DNA of 64,000 nucleotides from an uncultured Bacteroidales bacterium (GTDB taxonomy: Bacteria > Bacteroidota > Bacteroidia > Bacteroidales > WCHB1-69), in NCBI GenBank assembly GCA_946186495.1, contig CAMHNQ010000002.1, positions 28,736-92,735 of the forward strand. The letters run 5' to 3'. Position 1 is the stretch's first letter; each line of letters begins with the position of its first letter. The notes under the pieces are model-generated. The model had not been told where the DNA came from. It ran no database searches and saw only the letters and a program-made list of their open reading frames with translations. Of this stretch, positions 54,401-61,704 are shown piece by piece. Made by a program: the position numbers and the translations under genes.

Positions 54401-57400
54401 GCCGGAGGGTGATGGTGGTCACCACGATGCTGTCTGTGCCGTTGGCGGCGGTGAAGACCTGCGTGTGGCTGCCGGGCGTTTCATACAGGCTGTCATTCCA
54501 AAGGTAGGGGAGCGCGTTGGGGCAGATCACGGTGTCCACACTGTCGGTCACGTTGTACAGCACCTCGAACACAACGGTCAGCACGCTGTCGCAGCCGTTG
54601 GCGTTCTCTAAGTGCTGGGTGTAGATCCCCGGGGTGGAGTAGGGGGTGCCGTTGAGCATGTAGGGGAGGCTGTTCTGCACGACGGTGACCTGCAGGGTGC
54701 TGTCCGTGGCGGGCAGCAGGGCCAGGTTCAGGGTGACGATGGAGTCACAGCCGAAGACGTTCGTGTACGTCGTGGTGATCTGTCCGTTTTCCGTGTAGGT
54801 TATGTCCTTGATGGTGATGCTGTCGCAGAACGAGGTGTCGATGGAGGTGCGGGATGGGGTGTGGATGACGACGTTCACCGTAGTGTCGTAGCCGCAGCCG
54901 AAGTCGTTGTACACGGTGAACGTGTAGGTGACGACGGTGTCGCTCTCCAGACCGGCAGGCGGTTGGATGACGAAGGTGGAGTCGCTGGTCTGGGTGATCC
55001 AGGGGCCGTCGGCGGTGCAGGTGGAGAAGCCGAACACTGCGTCCGGCAGGGCCTCACGGCTCAGTGCCAGCTCCCAGCCGAAGATGTATCCGTTGTCCCC
55101 GCTCCAGCCGTCCAGCACTTCGATGTACCAGTCGCCGTTCAGCGGACAGCCGATGAGGTTTGTGAAGGGGTCGTCGGGATGGTAGAAGTTGGTGCCGGTG
55201 GCCACGTCGGAGGAGTCCACGATGCCGTCGTGGACATGCTCGTCACGGTATATCAGGCTTCCCGCACCCGGCGCATAAGTGTAGCCTTGGGTCGTGTTCT
55301 CCGACCAGCAGTAGTTCCAGCCTACCCCGGGCTCGTTCCCAAAGCTGGAGCTGTTACACGTGTTGGCCTGGAAGTCGTAGGCTTGGCCAAGGAAAGTGCT
55401 CATATACATATTGTTGCCATCTTGCCATCCCTGCGAGGAAGGGGGAATTTGCGAGTTGCAGTCTGACGTACCCGTGCCGCCGTATTTCATCAGGTCCGCC
55501 CTCTGGCCGTTGGGGCAGGTGATGTTGATGTAGAGGTCGCCGATCCAGGAGTGCTCCATGTTCAGCCGCACGTAGTAGATGTCCTCCACGCTCTGGATGA
55601 CGTCGTTGTCCCCGTATGCCGTGAAGGTGAGCGGCGACCGGTAGGAGCAGCCGTGGGGGTCGCAGTAGATGCCGTCGGGCAGGAAGATGGTGTCCACCAG
55701 GGTCAGGGTGGTGACGCCGCCGCCGAGCAGGATGTTGCTGCCCTCCTGGTAGCCCATCGTGACGGGGTAGGTGTCGCCGGCGCATATTCCGGGTATGTCA
55801 ACCGCCAAGATGGGGTCGGCGATCTCTTTGAGCTGGTGTGTCGCGGTGCCTGTGCAGCCGTTCGCGTCGGTCACCGTGACGCTGTAGGAGCCTTCAGCGG
55901 CGGCAAGGATGGCCCGGGAGGTGTCGCCGGTACTCCACAGGTAGGCGACGGCGCTGTCGGCGGTGAGCGTCACGAGGGAGTCCAAGCAGAAGAGGTACGG
56001 GCCGGAAATGTGTGCCATGGGCGATGGATGCACGTGTATCGTCATCGTCACGATGCTGTCTGCGCCGTTGGCGGCGATGAAAACCTGCGTGTGGCTGCCG
56101 GGCGTTTCATACAGGCTGTCATTCCAAAGGTAGGGGAGCGCGTTGGGGCAGATCACGGTGTCCACACTGTCGGTCACGTTGTACAGCACCTCGAACACAA
56201 CGGTCAGCACGCTGTCGCAGCCGTTGGCGTTCTCTAAGTGCTGGGTGTAGATCCCCGGGGTGGAGTAGGGGGTGCCGTTGAGCATGTAGGGGAGGCTGTT
56301 CTGCACGACGGTGACCTGCAGGGTGCTGTCCGTGGCGGGCAGCAGGGCCAGGTTCAGGGTGACGATGGAGTCACAGCCGAAGACGTTCGTGTACGTCGTG
56401 GTGATCTGTCCGTTTTCCGTGTAGGTTATGTCCTTGATGGTGATGCTGTCGCAGAACGAGGTGTCGATGGAGGTGCGGGATGGGGTGTGGATGACGACGT
56501 TCACCGTAGTGTCGTAGCCGCAGCCGAAGTCGTTGTACACGGTGAACGTGTAGGTGACGACGGTGTCGCTCTCCAGACCGGCAGGCGGTTGGATGACGAA
56601 GGTGGAGTCGCTGGTCTGGGTGATCCAGGGGCCGTCGGCGGTGCAGGTGGAGAAGCCGAACACTGCGTCCGGCAGGGCCTCACGGCTCAGTGCCAGCTCC
56701 CAGCCGAAGATGTATCCGTTGTCCCCGCTCCAGCCGTCCAGCACTTCGATGTACCAGTCGCCGTTCAGCGGACAGCCGATGAGGTTTGTGAAGGGGTCGT
56801 CGGGATGGTAGAAGTTGGTGCCGGCGGCCACGTTGGAGGAGTCCACGATGCCGTAGTGCTGGTTCCCGCTCCGGTAGATCAGGCTGCCGTCGCCGGGGGC
56901 ATAGAGGTATCCTTGGGTCGTGTTCTCCGACCAGCAGTAGTTCCAGCCGACGCCTTGCTCGTTGCCGTAGTCGCCCGCGTTGCAGGTGGGGGAGGAATAA
57001 TCGTGTGCGATACCGAAGAAAGTGTTGAGGGGCATGTTGTAGCCGCTCTGCCATCCCCGCGAGGAAAGGGAGATTTGGGAGTTGCAGTCTGACGTACCCG
57101 TGCCGTAGTATTTCATAAGGTCCGCCCTTTGGCCGTTGGGGCAGGTGATGTTGATGTAGAGGTCGCCGATATAGGAGTGCTCCATGTTCAGCCGCACGTA
57201 GTAGATGTCCTCCACGCTCTGGATGACGTCGTTGTCCTCGTATGCCGTGAAGGTGAGCGGCGACCTGTAGGAGCAGCCGTAGGGGTCGCAGTAGATGCCG
57301 TCGGGCAGGAAGACGGTGTCCATCCGGGTCAAGGTGGTGGTGGCGCCGGCGGCGAGCAGGATGTTGCTGCCCTCCCGGTAGCCCATCGTGACGGGGTAGG

Positions 57401-58676
57401 TGTTGCCGGAGCATATCACGGGCATCTCGATCGCCAAGATGGGGTCGGCGATCTCTTTGAGCTGGTGTGTCGCGGTGCCTGTGCAGCCGTTGGCGTCGGT
57501 CACCGTGACGCTGTAGGGGCCTTCAGCGGCGGCAAGGATGGCCCGGGAGGTGTCGCCGGTGCTCCATAGGTAGGCGGCGGCACTGTCGGCGGTGAGCGTC
57601 ACGAGGGAGTCCGTGCAGAAGAGGTACGGGCCGGAAATGTGTGCCATGGGCGATGGATGCACGTGCACCGTCATCGTCACGATGCTGTCTGCGCCGTTGG
57701 CGGCGGTGAGTGTCGTCTCTTGAGTGCTTTCCGACGTGAAGAGCACGCCGTTCCAGGTGAACGGCATCTTGTCAGCGCAGACGGTCGTGTCGGTTTCGAC
57801 GCAATAGTTTACCGTCAGCTGTAGGATCTCCACACTGTCGCATCCCGTCGCGTTCGTTATGGTGTGCGTGTATTCGCCCGGCTGCGTGAGCGTGTCGCCG
57901 TGCCAGATGTAGTTGTCGCAGACTGTGACGGGCGGGAGGACCGTTTCGTTGCGTGTCACGGTGACGGTCGCCCCCGCCGAATCGTTGCATCCTATGGGGT
58001 TGGAGGCCGTCACCGTGTAGGCGGTGGTCTGTGCGGGCGAAACCGTGAGAGTGGGGCCGGTGGAGCCGTCGCTCCAAACGTAAGAAGGCTCGTAGGTGAG
58101 CAGGCGGACGGCGCGAACATGGCACAGGTCGGACTTGAAGGCGGGCCGGAAACGGCCGTGGTACACATTGTGGCCGAAGTCAACCTGCCAGGCCTCCGTC
58201 CCGTTCCGTTCAGCGCAGGTCCAGTACCAGTCAAGGGCCATATACGAGCCTCCCGCCGCAATGATGGCGTCGGCGACCAGGGGCATGCGGGCTTGCAACA
58301 TGCGTAGCTGCGCGGGAGACGGCAGGCACCACCCGTTGCCGAAGTCCACCACTCCGGCGGCATAGGCGTTGTTGTTCTGGTGGCTGCGCAGAATTTGGGT
58401 GCTGCTGAACCCCGAGGTGTCATACAACAGCACCTGCGGATTCGCGGGATGTTGGTCCGCAAGAAGCGGGACATTGGCGAGGTCACCCCACGCACAGCTG
58501 GCTGAGGCGTCGTTCAGGGCTACAGCCCAGGCACCGCTGCCGTCGGGTAGGACATGGTACACGACGCCCTTGCTGCCGTCAGGGGCGGTGTAAAGGTCGC
58601 CGACACGGTAGGGCTGTGCTGTCAGAACTCCCCAGCAGCCGCTTATCAATAGCATTAGGGTAAATATTCTTCTCAT
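51417..58676 (-). CDS. Giant type B T9SS cargo protein: N-terminal DUF1566-like domain, three 542-aa repeats each with a P-domain-like module, SprB-like repeat, gliding-motility-type C-terminal domain
   Basis: 2419 aa. Signal peptide MRRIFTLMLLISGCWGVLTAQ. GWCLPSPAQLRML...WYWTCAE...VRAVR (DUF1566-like). VRLNMEHSYIGDLYINITCPNGQRADL ... GCPLNGDWYIEVLDGWSGDNGYIFGWELAL (proprotein-convertase P-domain pattern). CFGEASGAATAVVTGGTGPFNYSW..GDYTFTVTDLTGC (SprB-repeat-like). C-terminus PNAITPSDADGLNDLF...IDIFNRWGELVFHS..FQWNGEF....YTYLIRY fits the type B CTD (CHU_C/TIGR04131-like). Confidence 0.9.
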   Translation of the reverse strand: MRRIFTLMLLISGCWGVLTAQPYRVGDLYTAPDGSKGVVYHVLPDGSGAWAVALNDASASCAWGDLANVPLLADQHPANPQVLLYDTSGFSSTQILRSHQNNNAYAAGVVDFGNGWCLPSPAQLRMLQARMPLVADAIIAAGGSYMALDWYWTCAERNGTEAWQVDFGHNVYHGRFRPAFKSDLCHVRAVRLLTYEPSYVWSDGSTGPTLTVSPAQTTAYTVTASNPIGCNDSAGATVTVTRNETVLPPVTVCDNYIWHGDTLTQPGEYTHTITNATGCDSVEILQLTVNYCVETDTTVCADKMPFTWNGVLFTSESTQETTLTAANGADSIVTMTVHVHPSPMAHISGPYLFCTDSLVTLTADSAAAYLWSTGDTSRAILAAAEGPYSVTVTDANGCTGTATHQLKEIADPILAIEMPVICSGNTYPVTMGYREGSNILLAAGATTTLTRMDTVFLPDGIYCDPYGCSYRSPLTFTAYEDNDVIQSVEDIYYVRLNMEHSYIGDLYINITCPNGQRADLMKYYGTGTSDCNSQISLSSRGWQSGYNMPLNTFFGIAHDYSSPTCNAGDYGNEQGVGWNYCWSENTTQGYLYAPGDGSLIYRSGNQHYGIVDSSNVAAGTNFYHPDDPFTNLIGCPLNGDWYIEVLDGWSGDNGYIFGWELALSREALPDAVFGFSTCTADGPWITQTSDSTFVIQPPAGLESDTVVTYTFTVYNDFGCGYDTTVNVVIHTPSRTSIDTSFCDSITIKDITYTENGQITTTYTNVFGCDSIVTLNLALLPATDSTLQVTVVQNSLPYMLNGTPYSTPGIYTQHLENANGCDSVLTVVFEVLYNVTDSVDTVICPNALPYLWNDSLYETPGSHTQVFIAANGADSIVTMTIHVHPSPMAHISGPYLFCLDSLVTLTADSAVAYLWSTGDTSRAILAAAEGSYSVTVTDANGCTGTATHQLKEIADPILAVDIPGICAGDTYPVTMGYQEGSNILLGGGVTTLTLVDTIFLPDGIYCDPHGCSYRSPLTFTAYGDNDVIQSVEDIYYVRLNMEHSWIGDLYINITCPNGQRADLMKYGGTGTSDCNSQIPPSSQGWQDGNNMYMSTFLGQAYDFQANTCNSSSFGNEPGVGWNYCWSENTTQGYTYAPGAGSLIYRDEHVHDGIVDSSDVATGTNFYHPDDPFTNLIGCPLNGDWYIEVLDGWSGDNGYIFGWELALSREALPDAVFGFSTCTADGPWITQTSDSTFVIQPPAGLESDTVVTYTFTVYNDFGCGYDTTVNVVIHTPSRTSIDTSFCDSITIKDITYTENGQITTTYTNVFGCDSIVTLNLALLPATDSTLQVTVVQNSLPYMLNGTPYSTPGIYTQHLENANGCDSVLTVVFEVLYNVTDSVDTVICPNALPYLWNDSLYETPGSHTQVFTAANGTDSIVVTTITLRPQPSAAITGSQYLCENGNVPLTADSAVAYLWSTGDTSRSILAYASGNYTLTVTDEHGCTGVASHVVFASYNPILEVSMPEVCAGGNYPLTSGYQEGSNILLGGGATTLSLVDTIFLPDGIYCDPHGCSYRSPLTFTAYGDNDVIQSVEDIYYVRLNMEHSWIGDLYINITCPNGQRADLMKYGGTGTSDCNSQIPPSSQGWQDGNNMYMSTFLGQAYDFQANTCNSSSFGNEPGVGWNYCWSENTTQGYTYAPGAGSLIYRDEHVHDGIVDSSDVATGTNFYHPDDPFTNLIGCPLNGDWYIEVLDGWSGDNGYIFGWELALSREALPDAVFGFSTCTADGPWITQTSDSTFVIQPPAGLESDTVVTYTFTVYNDFGCGYDTTVNVVIHTPSRTSIDTSFCDSITIKDITYTENGQITTTYTNVFGCDSIVTLNLALLPATDSTLQVTVVQNSLPYMLNGTPYSTPGTYTQHLENANGCDSVLTLLLDVEYNVTSQVDTTVCAADMPFTWHGHTFTSTGSHSVTLQNSHGADSTVTYSLAVDNLAAATGTVTPVTCFGEASGAATAVVTGGTGPFNYSWTDAAGTAVAASPAVGNRPAGDYTFTVTDLTGCTASLAVSIGTLYGELLTGSIADNQELCDGDAPAPFSGTAASGGDNGAYLWQISYDGAEWAPAPGTNNTQDYPFPGIPDGSFSLRRAWVTMSCGTAYSNTLDVHVWPVYNDTLVADICQGEPFQESGFDIHAEQTALPGDYIFEQQHSTGHCDSSITLRLAVHPRFETSIEEVICEGDGYFENGFSIPKTMTLQVDSIRRTLNLATVNGCDSTVNLRLTIIDTALRIRSLTEDFCESMSADLLVISPMPDYLWSTGETSQSINVNVPGIYSVTASQEGCENTAHIRVNGCQQQFHLPNAITPSDADGLNDLFCLPENIRNDISLFEIDIFNRWGELVFHSNDKNFQWNGEFRGQIHCQTVYTYLIRYSDNSGRPFRLSGSVTVL
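52945..57790 (-). repeat. Three tandem 1626-bp coding repeats (near-identical, mosaic) within the 2419-aa gene
   Basis: gttggcgttctctaagtgct occurs at 52971, 54597 and 56223, exactly 1626 nt apart. The antisense ORFs 52986-53840, 54612-55466 and 56238-57092 have equal length and almost identical sequence. The array boundaries are approximate. Confidence 0.9.
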
Positions 58677-58691
58677 AACGATTATGCGCTT

Positions 58692-61091
58692 TTAAAAGTT
58701 TCTGATACTTCTCACACGCATGTCACCCTCCACCGTGTCGTCAAATGGAGGGTGGTGATGCCATAATTTGTTCGTATAGTCCACCAAGCCGTCGCTGCAT
58801 ACAAACCATGCGTAGCCTGGGTTGAGGCTGGCCGCTTCCGTGGAACTCCAGTAATACCAGGAGGAGTTTGTCGGGAACGGGGTGCCGCCTGCGATGAGCA
58901 AGGCAGGGTTCAATACGGCCATTTCGGAGATAAGGATGTCCAGCTGTCCGATGTCAGGCAGATACCATCCGTTCGGGAAATCCACGGCGTATGCGGCGGG
59001 GTAGGCGGATGCATCGCCCGCTGCCCGGAGAGCCTGGGTGTTGGCGTATCCGTCGAAATCCGGGAACAGGCCGTTGTCGTGGAAATTGTCGTAGTTGCTC
59101 ACCCCGGGGACGTCTGTCTCGATAGTCCCCCATGCAATTGCTCCGCTCTGGTCGTGCAGATGCACCGCCCATCCGTGTGCGCCGGTGGTGTCGACGTGGA
59201 AGACGACCCCCATGGCCGTCTTCCCTGACTGGACGAATGCGTCCGGCTTCACGGTGCTGCCGTCCGTGCAGAGGATGTCACCCACCGCCACTGGCGGGAC
59301 ATACACGACCGGGCCGGCAGACGCCTGCAGGGTGGCACTCTCGCCCTCGCAGACAGTGTCGCTGCCGACGGTGACCGTCACCTCAAAAGGGAGGGTGCTG
59401 AGCGCCAGCACAACCGTGCTGTCACAACCGGAGGAACTGACAAACTGGCGGGTGTAGTTGCCTGGGGTGTGGTAGAGGATGCCGTCCCAACTGTACGGGA
59501 GACTGTTTGCCGGAACAGCAACCTTCACCGTGTCGTGGGCGCTATTGCTGTCGGCCACGCGGAGGTATATCGAATCCGCGAACGCCAGGAAGCAGGCAGA
59601 GGTGTCCACACCCTCGATGCGGTACAACCCCGTGAAGGAAGAGTCTGCGTGAGGGATCACAAACGGAGGCTCGGTCAGCTGGGAACCGTCTGGGCAGGTC
59701 AGCATCACCCCGCTGACGTTCGAGGCGTTGTACCCGAAGACGATGTCCGCGCCGTTGCAGAAGACGGTGTCCATGGCGAAACGGACGTAAGAGGCACTGT
59801 TGTAGTCGCTGAAATAGCCGTATGAGCAGTCGCCGCCGGGAGTCCCGTCCAAAATGCCCATCTGGAAGCGACCTGAGGTGTTCTGGATGGTCATGACACT
59901 GCCGGGCAAAGTGTAGGCACTGACGTCTTTCACGCAGTAGGAGAGCGAAGAGTCCGTAGGGACCGGTGCGAAGTCGTCGGCGGTGATCACCTCCGGGCTG
60001 CCGTTGAACAGGAAGTTCGCTACATGCTCACTGCCAACCAGCAGGGTGACCACGGCCGCGGAGGACCCCGGGCGGAGGTGCGAGATCTTATGCGACCCCG
60101 TGCATTCGAACTGCGGGAGCACCGTGCCGCCCACCTCGCAGCCGATGGCCGTCATCTGGAGGACCACGACCGGCTTGTTGGCTTCAATCAGGTTCGCCAT
60201 GCTGTTGTAGGGCAGCGCGTAACTGATGCCCTCCCCGTCATGGATGGTCTGCAGCTCCACGCCGTTGACGGTGACCGTCGTCTGGTTCTCCAGGGGGTAG
60301 ATGAACACCCGTTCGTAGTCGGAATTGTTGCGCAACGCAACGTAGCGGGTCCCCATCATCGACGCAGGCACCAGCTGGTCGCCCAGGAGGTCGAAACAGC
60401 CGGCGGCGTACACACTGTCGTCCGAGAAGTTGACGGCGATGGGCTTGTTGGAACGGATGCGAGTGTTCTGCAAGTGCTCGCTGCCCGAGGTGCTGTTGGC
60501 CTGGACCTTGTAGCTCTGTCCCCGTTGCAGAAGGATGGTCACGGTGCTGTCGGCCGCGATCCCGCCGCTCATGGCCACGGGGGCGGTAATCTCGACAACG
60601 GTGCTGTCCTCGGTCGCCACTATCTCGATGCTGCTCGTCGAGGAGTAGTAGTTGTTGTTAAGCAGGGTCTGCATCGGCACCAGGAAGTCCGTGCCTAATG
60701 CATTCCTCCCTTTCAGAGTGTAGATTTCGCTGTTGTTCCCCACGCTCTCGTAATAGCAGGATATCGGGGCTGCCGAGCTGATCAGGATGCCAGTGTTGAC
60801 TACGGTGTTGTGGGGCTTTGTCTCGATAATGTCCACGAACGAAGAGACGTCCAGCACGTGAAAACTGTCGGCCGGAACCGAAAAGACGATGGGGGCAAAA
60901 CCGCTGTTGGCCGGCTGGGATAAGGTGATGGTGGTGGGCTGGTCATATGTGGTGAAACAAAACCGGATGGGGGTTTGCTGGTGGCTGATCTCCAAATCTG
61001 GAGCGGCAAACCAGAACACGGTGTCTGTCTGCGCATGGGAAAACGCGATAAACCCCGACACAAAAAGCATTAAGAATATCGTTTTTTTCAT
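58692..61091 (-). CDS. Secreted protein with IgGFc-binding-like N-terminal domain and C-terminal DUF1566-like domain (no recognisable T9SS CTD)
   Basis: 799 aa. Signal peptide MKKTIFLMLFVSGFIAFSHAQ. DTVFWFAAPDLE...PIRFCFTT..TITLSQP (resembles the IgGFc_binding N-terminal domain). The C-terminal GWAVHL...FPNGWYLPDIGQLDIL...WYYWSSTE...VRSIRNF is paralogous to the N-terminus of the next gene. The stop lies 15 nt before the next start. Confidence 0.85.
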   Translation of the reverse strand: MKKTIFLMLFVSGFIAFSHAQTDTVFWFAAPDLEISHQQTPIRFCFTTYDQPTTITLSQPANSGFAPIVFSVPADSFHVLDVSSFVDIIETKPHNTVVNTGILISSAAPISCYYESVGNNSEIYTLKGRNALGTDFLVPMQTLLNNNYYSSTSSIEIVATEDSTVVEITAPVAMSGGIAADSTVTILLQRGQSYKVQANSTSGSEHLQNTRIRSNKPIAVNFSDDSVYAAGCFDLLGDQLVPASMMGTRYVALRNNSDYERVFIYPLENQTTVTVNGVELQTIHDGEGISYALPYNSMANLIEANKPVVVLQMTAIGCEVGGTVLPQFECTGSHKISHLRPGSSAAVVTLLVGSEHVANFLFNGSPEVITADDFAPVPTDSSLSYCVKDVSAYTLPGSVMTIQNTSGRFQMGILDGTPGGDCSYGYFSDYNSASYVRFAMDTVFCNGADIVFGYNASNVSGVMLTCPDGSQLTEPPFVIPHADSSFTGLYRIEGVDTSACFLAFADSIYLRVADSNSAHDTVKVAVPANSLPYSWDGILYHTPGNYTRQFVSSSGCDSTVVLALSTLPFEVTVTVGSDTVCEGESATLQASAGPVVYVPPVAVGDILCTDGSTVKPDAFVQSGKTAMGVVFHVDTTGAHGWAVHLHDQSGAIAWGTIETDVPGVSNYDNFHDNGLFPDFDGYANTQALRAAGDASAYPAAYAVDFPNGWYLPDIGQLDILISEMAVLNPALLIAGGTPFPTNSSWYYWSSTEAASLNPGYAWFVCSDGLVDYTNKLWHHHPPFDDTVEGDMRVRSIRNF

Positions 61092-61171
61092 GACGGATTT
61101 TTTTGTGGTTCGATGAATCGGTCGGATATGGCGGAAAGGGACATAAACACTTAATACTCTAAATATTGCCG

Positions 61172-61179
61172 CAAAAATA
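61172..61179 (-). promoter_or_regulatory. Candidate -7 box (TATTTTTG) for the 799-aa/2419-aa gene pair
   Basis: Reverse complement of caaaaata. It lies 81 nt upstream of the ATG at 61091. Confidence 0.45.
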
Positions 61180-61288
61180 GTAATTTTACAAATAGTCTCC
61201 GAAAATTATTTAATCAGGCCTCAAAAAATCTGTCTTGGTGTTCGGGGCCGAAAACCGCCCCTCTCGAAGAAAAAACCGCCGGAACGTA

Positions 61289-61380
61289 CGGACACGATTA
61301 ATCGCGTCCGCTACTGTCTATAGATTGCCTATAGATTGCTTATAGGCTTACTCTTGAGTAAGGGTGAAGTAAGGGTGAAG
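61289..61380. promoter_or_regulatory. Cluster of palindromes and tandem 11-mers in a roughly 600-bp intergenic region
   Basis: 22-nt near-palindrome cggacacgattaatcgcgtccg (61289-61310). ctatagattgc x2 in tandem (61318-61339). 16-nt palindrome cttactcttgagtaag (61347-61362). gtaagggtgaa x2 in tandem (61358-61379). Confidence 0.4.
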
Positions 61381-61670
61381 GCATGTTTTCCGTCGAAACG
61401 GCGAACAACCGACGGTACTTTGGGGACGGGTTCTTCGACAGGCTGCTACAAGGCTGAACGCGGCGGTCTCAACTCCCGCATCACCCGCAACACTCCCGAA
61501 GATGTCACCTCGCACTTCAGGCGGTGAAACAGGCCGTTTCGTTTGACGGATATTCGCGAGAGACTCTCTTGTAAGGAGTTGATTGCGAGGATACTGTGAT
61601 TGTGCGCCCTTTCGGCGTGGAATCTCGCGCAAAAAAGTCAGAATGACAATCTGCTTAAAGAAATATTGTG

Positions 61671-61678
61671 TAGTTTTG
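61671..61678 (+). promoter_or_regulatory. Candidate -7 box (TAGTTTTG) for the PP2C/kinase fusion gene
   Basis: tagttttg lies 27 nt upstream of the ATG at 61705. Confidence 0.5.
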
Positions 61679-61704
61679 CGCGGTTGTTTTTTTTGTATGC
61701 AGTT

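Noticed and set aside
53575-57125. Diversity-generating retroelement (DGR) as the source of the variable insert in the P-domain-like module.
   Set aside because: I found no reverse transcriptase gene and no separate template repeat anywhere in the window. The differences between copies are not restricted to adenine-templated positions and include indel-like changes. Recombination between repeats explains the pattern more simply.
52945-57790. Could the regularly spaced near-identical repeats be a CRISPR array or a mobile element?
   Set aside because: The units are 1626 bp and contiguous, with no unique spacers between them. They lie in frame within one long ORF that has a signal peptide and a sorting domain. 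This is a coding tandem repeat.
58660-58700. The 799-aa and 2419-aa ORFs as one gene split by a frameshift or nonsense mutation (a pseudogene).
   Set aside because: The downstream ORF begins with a typical signal peptide (MRRIFTLMLLISGCWGVLTAQ) right after its ATG. The upstream ORF ends with a complete DUF1566-like domain. Two separate genes is the better reading.
61336-61632. ORFs 61336-61527 (+, 63 aa) and 61348-61632 (-, 94 aa) in the large intergenic region.
   Set aside because: Both are Arg/Ser/Thr/Pro-rich with no motifs. They overlap each other and the repeat/palindrome cluster, so the region is treated as non-coding.
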